From: Camelus ferus
Lineage: Eukaryota
Reading direction: 5' to 3'
DNA length: 64,000 bases
NCBI RefSeq assembly: GCF_009834535.1
Contig: NC_045696.1
Span: forward strand, 103,356,001 to 103,420,000
Positions 38,430 to 50,699 of the stretch are shown one piece after another. The translations under genes and the position numbers were made by a program. How positions within the stretch are numbered: position 1 is the stretch's first letter; each line of letters starts with the position of its first letter. Below the pieces are notes generated by a model. The model had not been told where the DNA came from, ran no database searches, and saw nothing but the letters and a program-made list of their open reading frames with translations.

Positions 38430-39657
38430 AAAAAATTCTTCCCCCTTTATTCTGCAGTTAACATATGACAGTCCCAAGCCCAACCCTTGGTTTTTCTATT
38501 CTGACTTTGTTATTCTTTCAGCGTCTGTGTCAATACAGACTATTTCTCGCAACAGCGTATGCAGTTTGATCCTCATCCAGTGGGTACACGTAGGCCCTCA
38601 AAGATCCTGCCTTTCCAGTATCAGAACCTGGGTCCTCCCTTTCCACTGCACCCATGTCTGTCTGTGCTGGGGCTCTGCCGCCTTGGTCCCAGCACCGCTA
38701 AGGCATCTTTAGGCTGGGAATGCCAAACATGTTAGGTGCCTTCTCTGAATAAATACAAGGGCTACTTCGATCCTAGGACTGAGGGTAAGGAGACAGACTG
38801 TGTCTGGGTTCTGTTACAAAGAAGGCTGTGCTCCGTCAGCAGTGTCTGCCATGGCAACACTCAGTAGACACTCTGGCCACTGGTTCAGAAAGGGACAAGG
38901 CATGTATTCCATCCTTGCCTTAGGGTTGTCCTGTTTCCCAGGCTGCATTGTCTCACTGGCCAGGTGTCTGGGGAGGCAGGCTGAAGGCCACGAAGCTTTG
39001 AATGGTTTCCCAGGTCCTGGATGGAAAAGCATAAGCCCCAAGCTAGAGGGAGCTTAGAAGGGCAGCCCATGCAGGGCCCTACAGGGGTCTACATGCTGCA
39101 GGCCACCCTGATAGCTGCTCCTTATCCTCTGGACTCAGCTTCATCCAGGTGAAGCTAGCTGGCCAGCTGTCAAAGAGTTAGATGGAACTGACGGTTAGAA
39201 ACACTTTTCCATGGCACTCACACAGAAGTAACCTTAATCTCTGCGTAAACTTTCAAAAATTTGCAGTCCAGACTGAAATGGTTTGTCTCCTATATGCTAA
39301 TGAGAAATCAAAATAGAGTAAAAGAACGGCCTTGATTTAATCAAGTTCCAGAATGAGAGTGCACTGCTTTACAGAGCACTGTCTCAGCAGAAGATGCAAG
39401 AGTGTGTGTAAAAGAATGTTTCTAGAAAATACCAAAGGCACCAGACGCAACCCCAGCTGCACCTTCTGCTTCCCCTCGGTGCCGCTCCGGACCTGGGGCA
39501 GGAGGGTCCTGCGTCCCGCTGACTCTGGGAATGTCATCCATGAGTGTGCCCAGGAGTCTGCTGAGTCCTCTGCTGTCTGCTTGTGGGTTTGGATGCTTTC
39601 TTCAGGATCCTTTCCATTTGCTGCTTCTCTTGCATCTTCTCAAAGGCCACCTGGGCC
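38430..39657 (-). pseudogene. FAM32A: 5'-truncated processed pseudogene of FAM32A with long 3' UTR
   Basis: Minus strand 39656-39506 reads AQVAFEKMQEKQQMERILKKASK..HKQ..ED..DIPRVS.T with frameshifts, matching the FAM32A C-terminus (AQAAFEKMQEKRQMERILKKASKTHKQRVEDFNRHLDTLTEHYDIPKVSWTK). Followed by ~1.05 kb of non-repeat sequence ending at minus-strand AATAAA (38451-38446). Confidence 0.88.
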
Positions 39658-40402
39658 ATTTATTCACTGCTTTGTTATTTTTCTATCACTATTGGAAGGG
39701 GTATGAATTCAAAGCAGATGAACCAAGTAATAGTTTTGGCATAATATGTTCATTTAAAGTCGTAAAAACAAGTATAATAACAACTATAGTAATAAGATTC
39801 TTTTAACAACTGCCACTGATGTGTATAATCTGAATCCTGCGGTGGAGGGAAAGATGGGAGATGGGTGTAGATACAGGCATGTTAATTTCTTTTTCCATTC
39901 ATAATCAACACGTACTGGTCTATAGGTGATAACTCAAGAAATAAAATAATGAAGTTACTTAAATTTATAAAAATAACCAAGAATACAGACTACAAAACTT
40001 CCAAATTATTTTAGTTCTCTCTCTATATATATATATTCTAGACTCCACAAGATGTCATGGTTTATACCGTGAATATTAATTGCGATTTACCTTTTGAGTT
40101 GGTCTTCAAGCCACCCTATGTCTCCAAGCTCCCATCTTGGATTATCTGTCTTTTACCTACAGAAGGCCCTTTAGTGTTGTTGAATTTAGATCTGTTGGTA
40201 ACATACTCTTTAAGATTGTTTTCTGTTTTAGGTTGTTTGAAAGTGTCTTTATTTCATCTTACCTTTTGAAGGATACTTTCACTGGGTGTAGAATTCTTTC
40301 AGCACTTTGAAGATATTGATGATAATATTAATTAAAAATCTTAGTACCCTGTGGCTGTATCTTAACCTTCAAAATGTATCACTCAATAAAAATATTTTTT
40401 AG

Positions 40403-40549
40403 CAGGCTTATGACCAGAAGAACATCAGGCGAAGAGTTTATGATGCTTTAAATGTGCTAATGGCGATGAACATAATTTCAAAGGAAAAAAAAGAAATTAA
40501 GTGGATTGGCCTGCCTACTAATTCTGCTCAGGAATGTCAAAACCTGGAG
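40403..40549 (+). CDS. TFDP2: TFDP2 exon: DEF box (Q)[48 protein letters not shown]
   Basis: Tandem acceptor tag|cag| (start 40403 or 40406), donor |gtaagt; contains the E2F/DP RRxYD DNA-recognition motif; 147 or 144 nt, phase 0-0. Confidence 0.98.
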
Positions 40550-41489
40550 GTAAGTCAGGAAAATCTGTTTGCAAATAGTAGTTTACTTTATTTTACATGA
40601 GACATTTTAATTTAGAAATATTGTCACATAGTATTAAAATATTCCTAATTGTTTATGTAGGCTATACCTTTTTTTTTTTTTTGTAACAAACTCTTCTATG
40701 TAGAATTTTAGAACTGAAAGGAGATTTAGAGAGGTCTAGTCTGAGTGATGTCCTGATGAAACTGAGGGATGGAGAAATTAAATGACTTGATTTTTACTGT
40801 ATTTTTGAGATCTTTATTTTATTCTGACGTAATTCTGAGCCCTCTCCTAATAAATGCTTGGTGACTCATGTAATAGAAATGGTATCGTATTTGACAAAAT
40901 GCCTGCTGTGTGCATCCCCCCAAAAGAGCATCAAGTTAGCTATTTATTTCTTGTATTTAAACTTCGACCTTTGACTCTAGAACCAGTGTCAACAGGATGG
41001 TATGACATTTCATTTGAATTTCTGTCAGAATGGAGAGGATATTCATTTTACGTGAATTGGGGGATGATGTGCGCAAAACTTTTTTATTCTGTTAACTTTA
41101 GTTGTTACAGAAAGTCTCTCTGAAATTAGCATATGCCCTGACATACTGTTTCTAAATTGATTTGACATTATTTGACTGTCATGGCCGTAAATGTTATAAA
41201 CCCTGGCTGACTGTAGCTTATAGAGCTGAATATGGTTGATAATCATGTTTTGTTTTTTAGTCCCTTCCCCCCGCAGCAAATCAAAAAATTTTGGTATTAC
41301 TATTTTTGTGGATGGAGGGAGAAGCCAGGCAGTCACCAGAAGTTATAGAATAGTGTTACTATAGAATAGTGTTACTCCTGTGCTACAGTGGAAATGTCCT
41401 TTTTTCTCCTTCTGACAGAGTGGAATTTGAGGGTCATTTAAATTACCAGTAATATTAAGCTGATGATTTACTGAGACTTAGTAAGCAAA

Positions 41490-42110
41490 AATCTGCTAGC
41501 ATCTACCTTGTGCTTAACCGAAGATTATACAAGACAAAATACTTGACCCCAGGGGGCTTTCATTCTAACTGAGGAGAGGAGAAATGTAAAAAGAGTCACC
41601 AAAAATGTGATGACTCCTGTGAAAGAAGTAGGTAGAGATTCTCTGGAAAGGGAGATAAGGGAGGGCTTTACCAAGAAAAAAACAGTCTCTGTGCTCAGTC
41701 ACGAGGGAGGAGTGGGAGTTTGCCAAGTGGTGTGGGGCAGGGAGGGCTTTCCAGGCAGAGGCGCTGTGTGGGCTGAAGCTCGCCCACAGCCAAGTGGGGC
41801 CAGAGTCCAGGCCAGGAGAGAGGGCCTCGATTTCTGAGTGCTGAGCAGTTGGGACCCGAGGACCCTGTAAGCAACGGGAAGCTACTGGGGAATTATAAAG
41901 AGGAGGTCCATGAGGATGTGGTCTAAAGGATCCTCTCCTAGGGTGTTGGAACTTGAACTGACAGGAAGATGAGGAGGGAAGTTGAGGGGTGGGTGGACCA
42001 GCAATGGTCTGAGTCACGGTGGGGGCAGTGAGGCTGGAGGAGTGCTTTAGAGGTAGAATCAATCCAGCTTGGCCTGCTTGATGTGGGGCACGTGGGGGCC
42101 GCCCTGCCAC
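41490..42110 (-). mobile_element. L2 fragment
   Basis: Purine-rich L2-like sequence (ttccaggcagagg; tttagaggtagaatcaatccagcttgg); accounts for most of the 243-aa ORF. Confidence 0.55.
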
Positions 42111-42704
42111 AGCTTCGGACGCAGGGAGAAGCTCCTGCAGCATCCTTTCAAGTGCAGAAGACTGCCTAGACTTTACAGTGGCCCTTAAGTGTTTTAGGAT
42201 TAAAGTGTGGGAGTGGTTAGAGGAAACCGTGAGAGGAAACTCCTGGTGCAGAGTAGATGGGGAGCGAATAAGGAAGGACGCCGTTGCAGCAGACAAGAAA
42301 ATGTCTTACTTGATGTCACTGGCTTTTGCCCAAAGAGGCAGTGAGGAACTGGTCTACAGGAAACTAGACTCCAATATATGTTTTCCAGCTCATTGTAAGA
42401 GTGAGGGAAAGAGTTGTTTGAAGCTGGGAAATTTGTCCCATAGGCCTGTTTCTGACTACAAGAGGAATTGTATATTGAACACGTAGGCTCTCTGTATTAG
42501 CAGCTGTGCCCGTTTAAAAGTCAGTTAAACAGATCTTAAATGAGATCTTCCCTCATTCTTTCTTTTTTCATATCCTTTTCCATTATAGGTTACTACAAGA
42601 TATTGAATATAGTTCCCTGTGCTATACAGTAGGACCTTGTTGTTTATCTGTTTTATGCATACCTTGGGGTGGGCGGTGGTCACTATAGCAAAGTAATTAG
42701 TGAT

Positions 42705-42935
42705 AGAATCTCCGAAACCGGCTGGCTGAGGTTCAGATCCCAGCTCTGGCCGTTCGCCAGCTGTGCGACCTTGGGCAGGCACTCAGCCTCTCTCTGGGCC
42801 TCCATTTCTGTAGGTGCGAAGAGGGTCACAGGAGGCCTCACCTCGTAGAGTGTTGTGTGTGTGAGGTGCTTCGCTGCGCGCTGGCAGGCGAAGTCTTGCC
42901 GGGTGTTAGCTGTAGAACTCGGGCCATTCGTAGTA
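42705..42935 (+). mobile_element. MIR
   Basis: ggttcagatcccagctctg...ctgtgcgaccttgggcaggcactcagcctctctctgggcctc. Confidence 0.7.
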
Positions 42936-43195
42936 ATAGGTCCTGCGGAGCGAGCATTTGTCAGGTGGCTGGATTTCATTACTGATGACAGTTGCCACAA
43001 TTCTGCTGTCTTGCCTGCTTGCCTACCAGCCCCTGCCCCCCGGAAAGGGTGATTTGCCTTTATTGATGTTAGGAGTTAAAATGGGTTGAATTTCTCTAAG
43101 GAAAATTCTTGACATCTCAGAACCGGGGCCAGAGAGTGAGCAGCGCTTTAATACTCTACACACGTTCATGCTGTTTTGTAACCTATGTTTTAAAG

Positions 43196-43264
43196 ATCGA
43201 GAAGCAGAGGCGGATAGAGCGGATAAAGCAGAAGCGGGCCCAGCTTCAAGAACTTCTCCTGCAG
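43196..43264 (+). CDS. TFDP2: TFDP2 exon: coiled coil IEKQRRIERIKQKRAQLQELLLQ
   Basis: ttttaaag| acceptor, |gtaaag donor; 69 nt, phase 0-0; within ORF 43109..43327. Confidence 0.96.
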
Positions 43265-44037
43265 GTAAAGAAGCTGGGACGTGTTTCATCACCTTCCCTA
43301 CCTATATTCTGTTTCTTCCTTACTTGATTTTAGTCAGTGTTTTCTACTTTGGGTGCCTTTGAGCGTCTGGTAGGGGGAGCCACATTAAGGCAGCCGCCTC
43401 CACGTCGAGGTCATTGCCACCGTACCGTCTGCCTTTAAGATGGTCCCAACCTCCCACTATCATCGGCCCCGAGGCAGCGCCGATTTGTGACTTACATTAT
43501 GCAACAGTTTACTTTTGACTCTTCTCCTTACTCTGAACCGTAATTATTTTAGCCCTAATTTGAAATATCAAGGAGTCAGTATTACTAGTTAATTTTAGTT
43601 GCTTTGAGTAAAATAATTCAATCCACGTGTAATACTTACTTTCTGTAAATGACATATGATTAACAGCTCAGCTTCGTAGAAATGCAAAACTTAAAATGCA
43701 TTTCTGTTTAAGAAAGTTAAATTGTACAATATAATAAAGATCTCTGTATTTATGCTTTTTTGATAATTGTGTAGAATTTGGATAATTTTTAAAAATATAA
43801 TAGATTCTTTGGTTAGCCTCTGAAATAGATGTTAGTAAGCCTGGAAAAGAACAAAAGGCTGAAGGAAATCAAAGGGCAACAGATAAGGAAATCAGTCCAA
43901 AACAAATGGGAAGTGATTTTTCTTTGTACTCTCAAAATAACATTATATATGTCTTTATTACTCTCCTCGCATGAAAAATCTTTGATGCTATTAAATGTAC
44001 ACAGTATTGAACAGTGAATCAAATGTATAAAAACTAG

Positions 44038-44281
44038 AGGGGTGGGTATAGCTCAGTGGTAGAGTGCATGCTTAGCATGCATGAGGTCCTGGGTTCAATC
44101 CCTAGACCTTCACTGAAAACAAATAGTATGACTGAAGCACTGTGCTGTACACCAGAAATTGACGCAACATTGTAAACTGATTATACTTCAATAAATATAT
44201 ATATACAAGAAAAAATTAATAAACCTAATTACTTCCAAAATAATAAATAAATTGTACAAAAAATAAATGTTATAAATAAAT
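44038..44281 (+). mobile_element. tRNA-derived SINE with a nested short L1 3' end
   Basis: SINE head 44038-44115; L1 tail 44126-44215; SINE tail (aaacctaattac) resumes at ~44221; imperfect TSD at 44021-44035 / 44282-44296. Confidence 0.8.
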
Positions 44282-45788
44282 AAATATGTAAAAACTCTTA
44301 CTTATCAATTGTTTATATTCCCCCCATAGCGAGGCCCTCTTATGGCCCTGGACCACAAAGCTAGGTAAATTATGGAAGTGTCTCCGAGATTCTTCTTCTG
44401 GAAGGGAAGGGAAGCTAGGCAGATGTATTCAAACATAGAAATCTTTTTCCCAGTTTTACAGTTTCAGCATACTTTCCCTGAACATTAAGTGAATTAAGCA
44501 TTGACCATAAAGTAGCCTTAGTTCGTTAACAGTAGAAAATAACAAAAAAGTGCGGCGTAGGCCATGTTTGGTAATGAATGATATTGATAGTGATGGTTTT
44601 TTGATAGTGATTTTTTGGACCCACATTTAGGGCTAGAATAAATTGGTGTCCCATCTGTTTTGTGCATTTTAAAAGAGTACATGTTCACTTTCTAGACAGA
44701 GAGCACCCAGCCCTTTTAAGATAACAATAATTTTAATCAAACTTCAGTTAAGGCCCAGAACCTAAACAGTCCTGGGATAAGGTTGCTAAAACAGAAAAGA
44801 ACTGAAATTCATCACCAGTGGGTGAGAAGATGGAATGAGCTGATGAAAGGGATGGAAGGCTCTGACTGCAGGAGCTTTTGAAAAGCAGTAAGCAGGATCT
44901 GTTTCCAGCAAATGAAAGACTTCAGCCGATAAGGCCTTTCTAGCTGTGGAATGCTGCAATACATCTGTCTTATTACAGACGGGAAGGGAGGGTCGCTTTC
45001 TTTTTCTTTTGCCTAATGGTTGTAACTAAAAGTAGCAGCAAATTTCAGTATAAAGATTCAGGCCTCAGTATACCTTGGAATCAGTGCTAAGTGTCAGTTT
45101 CCTCATCTGGAAGATGTCAGGTGGGGAGACAGTTGGGCCAGATTCCAAACTGTGCCCTAAAAGATGCTTAGAAGTTTTTCTGTGAAGGAACCAAGGTGGG
45201 TCAGGGCAGAACTGACAGGGCTCAGCCCTCAGCCCTCAGCCTCACTGCAGCCAATCAGAGCAATGCTACTTCCATCTCTTTTACAAACAGTGGGTGGCTC
45301 GTAAGATTTCATTTGAAGAAAAGGTTCTGGGGCTTTGTAAAGTTTGTATATTTCTAGGCTGAACAATCTAAGAGGGATATTTAACCCTAAACTCTCAGGA
45401 GTCTGTGTTAGAAAAATGGAGAACAAGTTCACTGGGTGTCACTTCGCTGTATCACTCACTCGAAGAAGAGTTGCAGGTGCCACCAGGCTCTCACAGGTTT
45501 GGAAAATCCTGTTTCTGTGGCTAATGGAAACCATGGGCCCCATTATTTATACTAGCATATGTTAGACACGTTTAAATGTATATTTTCCCCTTGATACATA
45601 GAGTTGGCTAATTCTGATCTTTTTCTGAAATGTTTAATTTTAATTAATTCACAGGTGGAAGACCTCTCTAAATGCTCTAATTTTAAACTATATTTTAACT
45701 GTATTTATCTTAATTCATTTAGTTCCAACTCACCTATCCACATTAAATGACTATATATGTTTTTTTTTTTTTTCATTGATCATTCCAG

Positions 45789-45940
45789 CAAATCGCTTTC
45801 AAAAACCTGGTACAGAGAAATCGGCAAAATGAACAGCAGAACCAGGGCCCTCCAGCTCTGAACTCCACCATCCAGCTGCCATTTATAATCATCAACACAA
45901 GCAGGAAGACAGTCATAGACTGCAGCATCTCCAGCGACAA
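45789..45940 (+). CDS. TFDP2: TFDP2 exon: [50 protein letters not shown](K)
   Basis: Poly-T tract then cattccag|, donor |gtaagt; 152 nt (phase 0 to 2); DP dimerisation/marked-box region. Confidence 0.97.
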
Positions 45941-46489
45941 GTAAGTGGAGAACTGGGGAAGGATGCAGGGCTGGCCTCCTGTGAAGGCATTCCTTTCATT
46001 TGCAAAATAAAGAAGGTTGTAGTCCATTATCTGAGCCCTCCAGGGCTGACTTCCTAGGGCAAGAGGAGGAGGCTTTGCAAACGTGGTGCACTGTCATGTA
46101 CTAGCACATGCTTCGTCATGCACGCTCGCAGCCCCCTCCCTTGGGCCTGCCACCCTTCTGCCTGTGTTCCATGCATAGCGGTGCCTGGGCCGAAGCCAGG
46201 AGGTGTGTGTATGTACGTGTATGTGGTGTAACTCCAGGCAGGTACCTGCAGTAAGGTAAAGCATCATTGAGGGTCTAGGACAGGGTAGGTTCGCTGGTGA
46301 CTCACTACCATAGTTCATTGTGGAAGTAGTTTAAATCAGCATGTGGCACTGTAGCTGTTCTTTGTTTTGTTATATCATAACTGAGTGTGCTTCTGCTTAC
46401 TAATGAATAGATGTGAAAATGCTAGATGCATTCTCTGCTTGCTTGCTTTCTATCTTAAGTTATCTGATTACTTGAAGTTTTGTTTTGTT

Positions 46490-46980
46490 TTTTTGACCAC
46501 CTTCCTTCATTTCACTTACCACCCTCATCTCTGGCCACCACCAATCTGTTCTCTGCATGTAGGAATTCAGTTTTTTTTAGATTCCACCTACAAATGAGAC
46601 CATACAGTATTCGTCTTTCTCTGACTTATTATTTCACTTAGCATAATATCCTCAAGGTCCATCCATGTTGATGCAAATGGCAGGATTTCATTCTTTTTTT
46701 AATGGAAGAATATGCCATTGTGTATGTACACCACATCTTCTTTATCCATTTATCCAGTGATGGACACAAGCTGTTTCCGTGCCTAGGCTGTTGTAAATAA
46801 TGCTACAGTCAATGAACACATGTGTGCAGATATCTTTTCAGGATAACAATTTTATTTCCTTCAGATAAATATCCAGAAGTAGGATTACTGGATTATATGG
46901 TAGTTCTATTTATAATTTTTTGAGGAACCTCCATACTGTTTACCATAGCAGTTGCACCAATTTATATTCCCACCAACATT
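46490..46980 (-). mobile_element. L1 (L1MA9-like) 3' region
   Basis: tagattccacctacaaatgagaccatacagtattcgtctttctctgacttattatttcacttagcataat. Confidence 0.82.
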
Positions 46981-49047
46981 TAAAAAATTTTAACTAAGAT
47001 TGATGGCGATATTTATCATAGTGAATAAGAAGAAGCAGTTTTCAAAAATACAGAATTTGTAATTTATTTTACCCTTCCTGACAATAGCAGTGGTCTTTAG
47101 GCCGTGACCACTATGGAGGTGGTTAAGGCATAGGGTGCAGAGTGAGGCAGGTGCAGGTGTGGATTGTAGCTGCCTTGTGAAATTGCTCCAAAGCCCTGTT
47201 TCCTGAAGAACAAGAAGGGCTGAACAAGAAGGGCCTCTGTTACTTCCTCAGCCTTGTTGTGAGGGTTAAATGAAATAGTGCCTGAAGGGGTCTGACTCAA
47301 GGCAAGTGCTTTGTAAATATTATCTGCTGTTGCAAGGAGTCAGCATATAATGAATCACCCCAACTGGGGTATGTTTGAGAGTAAAAGAGGGCTCAGTGAT
47401 CACATGAGTACCAGAGGCACAGCTCAGGGCTGTCCCGGGACCACCTTCTGGTCTCCTTAGACCCACAGCGTCACCCTTGGGCTTTACCATCCCTGGTTTT
47501 TCCCACTGTTTTCTCTGGCAGTGTTGCTTCCCTGTCTGTCTTGATTGCATACAGAGATTCTGGTTCACTTAAATAAGAAGGCACCGAAAAAAAAAAAAAA
47601 AAGATGAGGAAGATAAATAGTGAGCAGGGATTTAAAAAGCATTTGATAATTAAGACCGTAGACACAGAAACAGTAGGGACCACGCAAGCTGTAAAGTCTG
47701 AAGACCCACCTTCCGGTCTTCCTGCTAGCTCCATAGTTTCCTAGCTTGTCTGAGATCTCATTTCTTCCTCCATAAAAACAAGAACTGTAGTACTTAACCT
47801 GCTGGTTTACAAGAGTTAAATTTGCAACAGACTAGCCCAGGGCTCAGAAAATGGCAGATGCCTGTATTATTGTTCACATACTTAAAATTCTTTACAGAAA
47901 CCTATGACTAAAAGGACTGTTAACATTATCTCATAAATCTGAGAATTCTGGAGAATGGTTAACATATTTTCGGGAAAAACAAACTGTTAAGAGTTCTAGT
48001 TACTCTCTCTAGTTAGTCTCTTGTTTTGTGGGGAATTGTTAAATTCTCTTCTTTGGTTAGTTATTTAAGTCTTAAAAGAGTAGCAGCAAGGTCGGGGGAC
48101 CAGTGGCCCAAGGGAATGATGGATTCTCTTCACTCCAGGCTGGGGTCTAGTGAGGCTTCCTTCTTGGGTGGTTATTGACTCGTGCCCTTTCCTTGCCTTC
48201 TCCTGGGCGCAGTGAAGGAGGCTGTGAGCTGCCTGTACAAGCTTGTTATTCAAGGTGGGTCCTAAAGTCTTGTCTTTCAGTTACTTAGATGATGTAACCT
48301 TTCCCCTGAGGTAGCCAGGGGGCTTTCCCACAATGAGGATTAAATTTACAAAACCATCAGCTTTTAACACATGCCTGTCATCCTTGGGGTGGCATCTCTC
48401 CAGATTTTGGGAGGTTTTTTTTTTTCTCTGAAGATCTGTTAATGTACTTTATTCAGATTCATGTACTTAACTTAAATATGGCATTCTGCTTTAAATTGTA
48501 ATTTTTGCCCTGATCTAAGATCTAGCATTAAAAAGTTTTACCCTTATGTGATTTTAATAGAATTTCATGACAGCATTTAAGTCCACCATTGTCCCAGAAC
48601 ACCCACCTGCACCCTGTCCTGGAGGGGCCTCGGTCTGTGAATGAGGTGCCCCGGGGCCGAGCCTGGGAGTCAGGACTGTTTCTTCTTATGTTTGCCTGTT
48701 TATTGAAAGCCTGTGCCAGGCAGCTGGGCATCTTGATTTGGTACTTTTCAAGAACATTTGGAAATGGGCTGTGTAGGATATGGGGCACTGTTTTCTTAAG
48801 GCATTTTTACTTCTTAGGCCCTCAGGGCAGGATTTGGGGGCTGGTTAGTTTATGAGAAGTCTTCCATTTATTGATCATCTTAAGTGTGGTGTAGCTAACA
48901 CTTGACTGTGAAAATGAAGTAGTAAGCATCCAAAATGCTTTTTTCTCAATCCCAGTACGCGAACTCATAGTAGAAATGTTAGATATTAAATTGGAAAGGC
49001 TTTCTTTGTGTGTGTGTTTTTAATGAGTGCTTCACTTGCTTTATATA

Positions 49048-49990
49048 TTTTTATTGAAGTGTAGTTGACATACAATATTATGTTAGTTTCAGGTACAACT
49101 TAATGATCCGACATTTGCATACATTACAAAATGATCACCACGATAAGTCTAGTAACCATCTGTCCCCATACAAATTTATTACATTATTGACCGTGTTCCT
49201 TATGTTGTGTGTTATATCCCCGTGGCTTACTTATTTTATAATTGGAGGTTTTCACCTTTTAATCCCCTTCACCTGTTTCACCCACCACCTCCTCCCACTC
49301 CGTTTGTTCCCTGTAACTATGAGTCTACTCTCATTTTACTTGTTTTTTTAGATTCCACATGTGAGTGAGGTCGTATGGTATTTCTTTCTCTGTCTGATTT
49401 CTCTTAGCTTAATACCCTCTAGATCTATCCGTGTTGTTGCAAATGGCAAGTTTCTTTTTTTCATGGCTGAGTAATAATATTGCTCTACGTGTGTATGTGT
49501 GTGTGCATGCGCGTGTGTATATATGTGCACACTACACCTTTTTTTTTTCCACACTACACCTTCTTCATTCATTCGTCTGTTGATAGACACTGAAGGTGCT
49601 TCCGTATCTTGGCTTTTGTCAGTGATGCTGCAGTGAACACTGGTGGGCATATATCTTTTTGAATTAGTGTTTTTATTTTCTTCAGGTAAATACCTAGAAG
49701 TGGGGTTGCTGGATTATATGGCAGTTCTATATTTAACTTTTTGAGGAGCCTCCGTACTGTTTCCCATAGTGGCTGTACCAGTTTACATTCCCTCCACAGT
49801 GCTCCCTTTTCTCCACATCCTCGCCAGCGTTTGTTACTTGTCTTTTTGATGATAGCCATTCTGAGAGGTGTAAGGTGGTAATTCATTGTGATTTTTGATT
49901 TGCATTTCCCTAGTGACTGGTGATGTCAAGGTTCTTTCCTTGTGTCTCTTGGCTATCCCTAGGACTGTCTTTGGGAAAATATCTACTTGG
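49048..49990 (-). mobile_element. L1 3' UTR plus ORF2 C-terminus
   Basis: ORF 49569..49886 ([13 protein letters not shown]...CKLVQPLWE...[15 protein letters not shown]) is L1 ORF2p sequence. Confidence 0.9.
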
Positions 49991-50340
49991 AAGGGCTTCC
50001 TTAATATTTCACTTTTTGTGACAAAGCTATTAGACAACTTTGAAAAGTATTGGATTTAGACCAAAACTTCTGTCTCCAGTTTGCAACAGCTTAATGAGGG
50101 CTGAAATTTATGAACTCCTGTTGTCTGTCGGAGGAAAATTGTTTTAACTGGGAAAGTAGTTTATTTGAGATGTCATTCTTCTGAACGCAGCAGAATGACC
50201 CATTGCTCTCAATGGTAACAATTTCTAGTATCATAGCTGAGCTTGGGTCATTCTTTTATTGACTATACACAGAGAACAAAACTATTCAGGCCTCTCCAAT
50301 ACCACGGAAAATCCCACACTAACTTTGTTTCCTGATGCAG

Positions 50341-50507
50341 GTTTGAATATCTGTTTAATTTTGACAACACCTTCGAGATTCATGACGACATAGAAGTACT
50401 AAAGCGGATGGGGATGTCCTTTGGCCTGGAGTCAGGCACGTGCTCCCTGGAGGATCTGAAACTCGCTAAATCGCTGGTGCCAAAGGCTTTAGAAGGTTAT
50501 ATCACAG
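50341..50507 (+). CDS. TFDP2: TFDP2 exon: [55 protein letters not shown]
   Basis: cctgatgcag| acceptor, |gtatgt donor; 167 nt (phase 2 to 1); conserved DP motif [14 protein letters not shown]. Confidence 0.97.
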
Positions 50508-50699
50508 GTATGTCAACTAACGCTTTCACATACCAGACCCCAACTTGTTAAAACCTTTCTCGTAGGAAATGAAAGCTCACTGAGTGCCCGCCCTCGAGTC
50601 TGTGCTGTCCCTGTCCCCAAGTGTTCCCACGCTCCGCTCCTGAATTTCTTGTTTATCACCACCTGCTTTTCTTTAGACAAACACAAACACAGTGAGCTG

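Noticed and set aside
40355..40370. U12-type branch-point-like tcttaac upstream of the DEF-box exon
   Set aside because: The intron donor is gtaggt, not GTATCCTT/ATATCCTT; all nine introns have U2-type donors.
41565..42296. Longest ORF (243 aa, minus strand)
   Set aside because: Overlaps a degenerate L2-like region, has no recognisable domain, and lies antisense within a TFDP2 intron.
49569..49886. Protein-like ORF (105 aa)
   Set aside because: L1 ORF2p C-terminal remnant, not a host gene; the same applies to 28417..28617 and 25787..26125.
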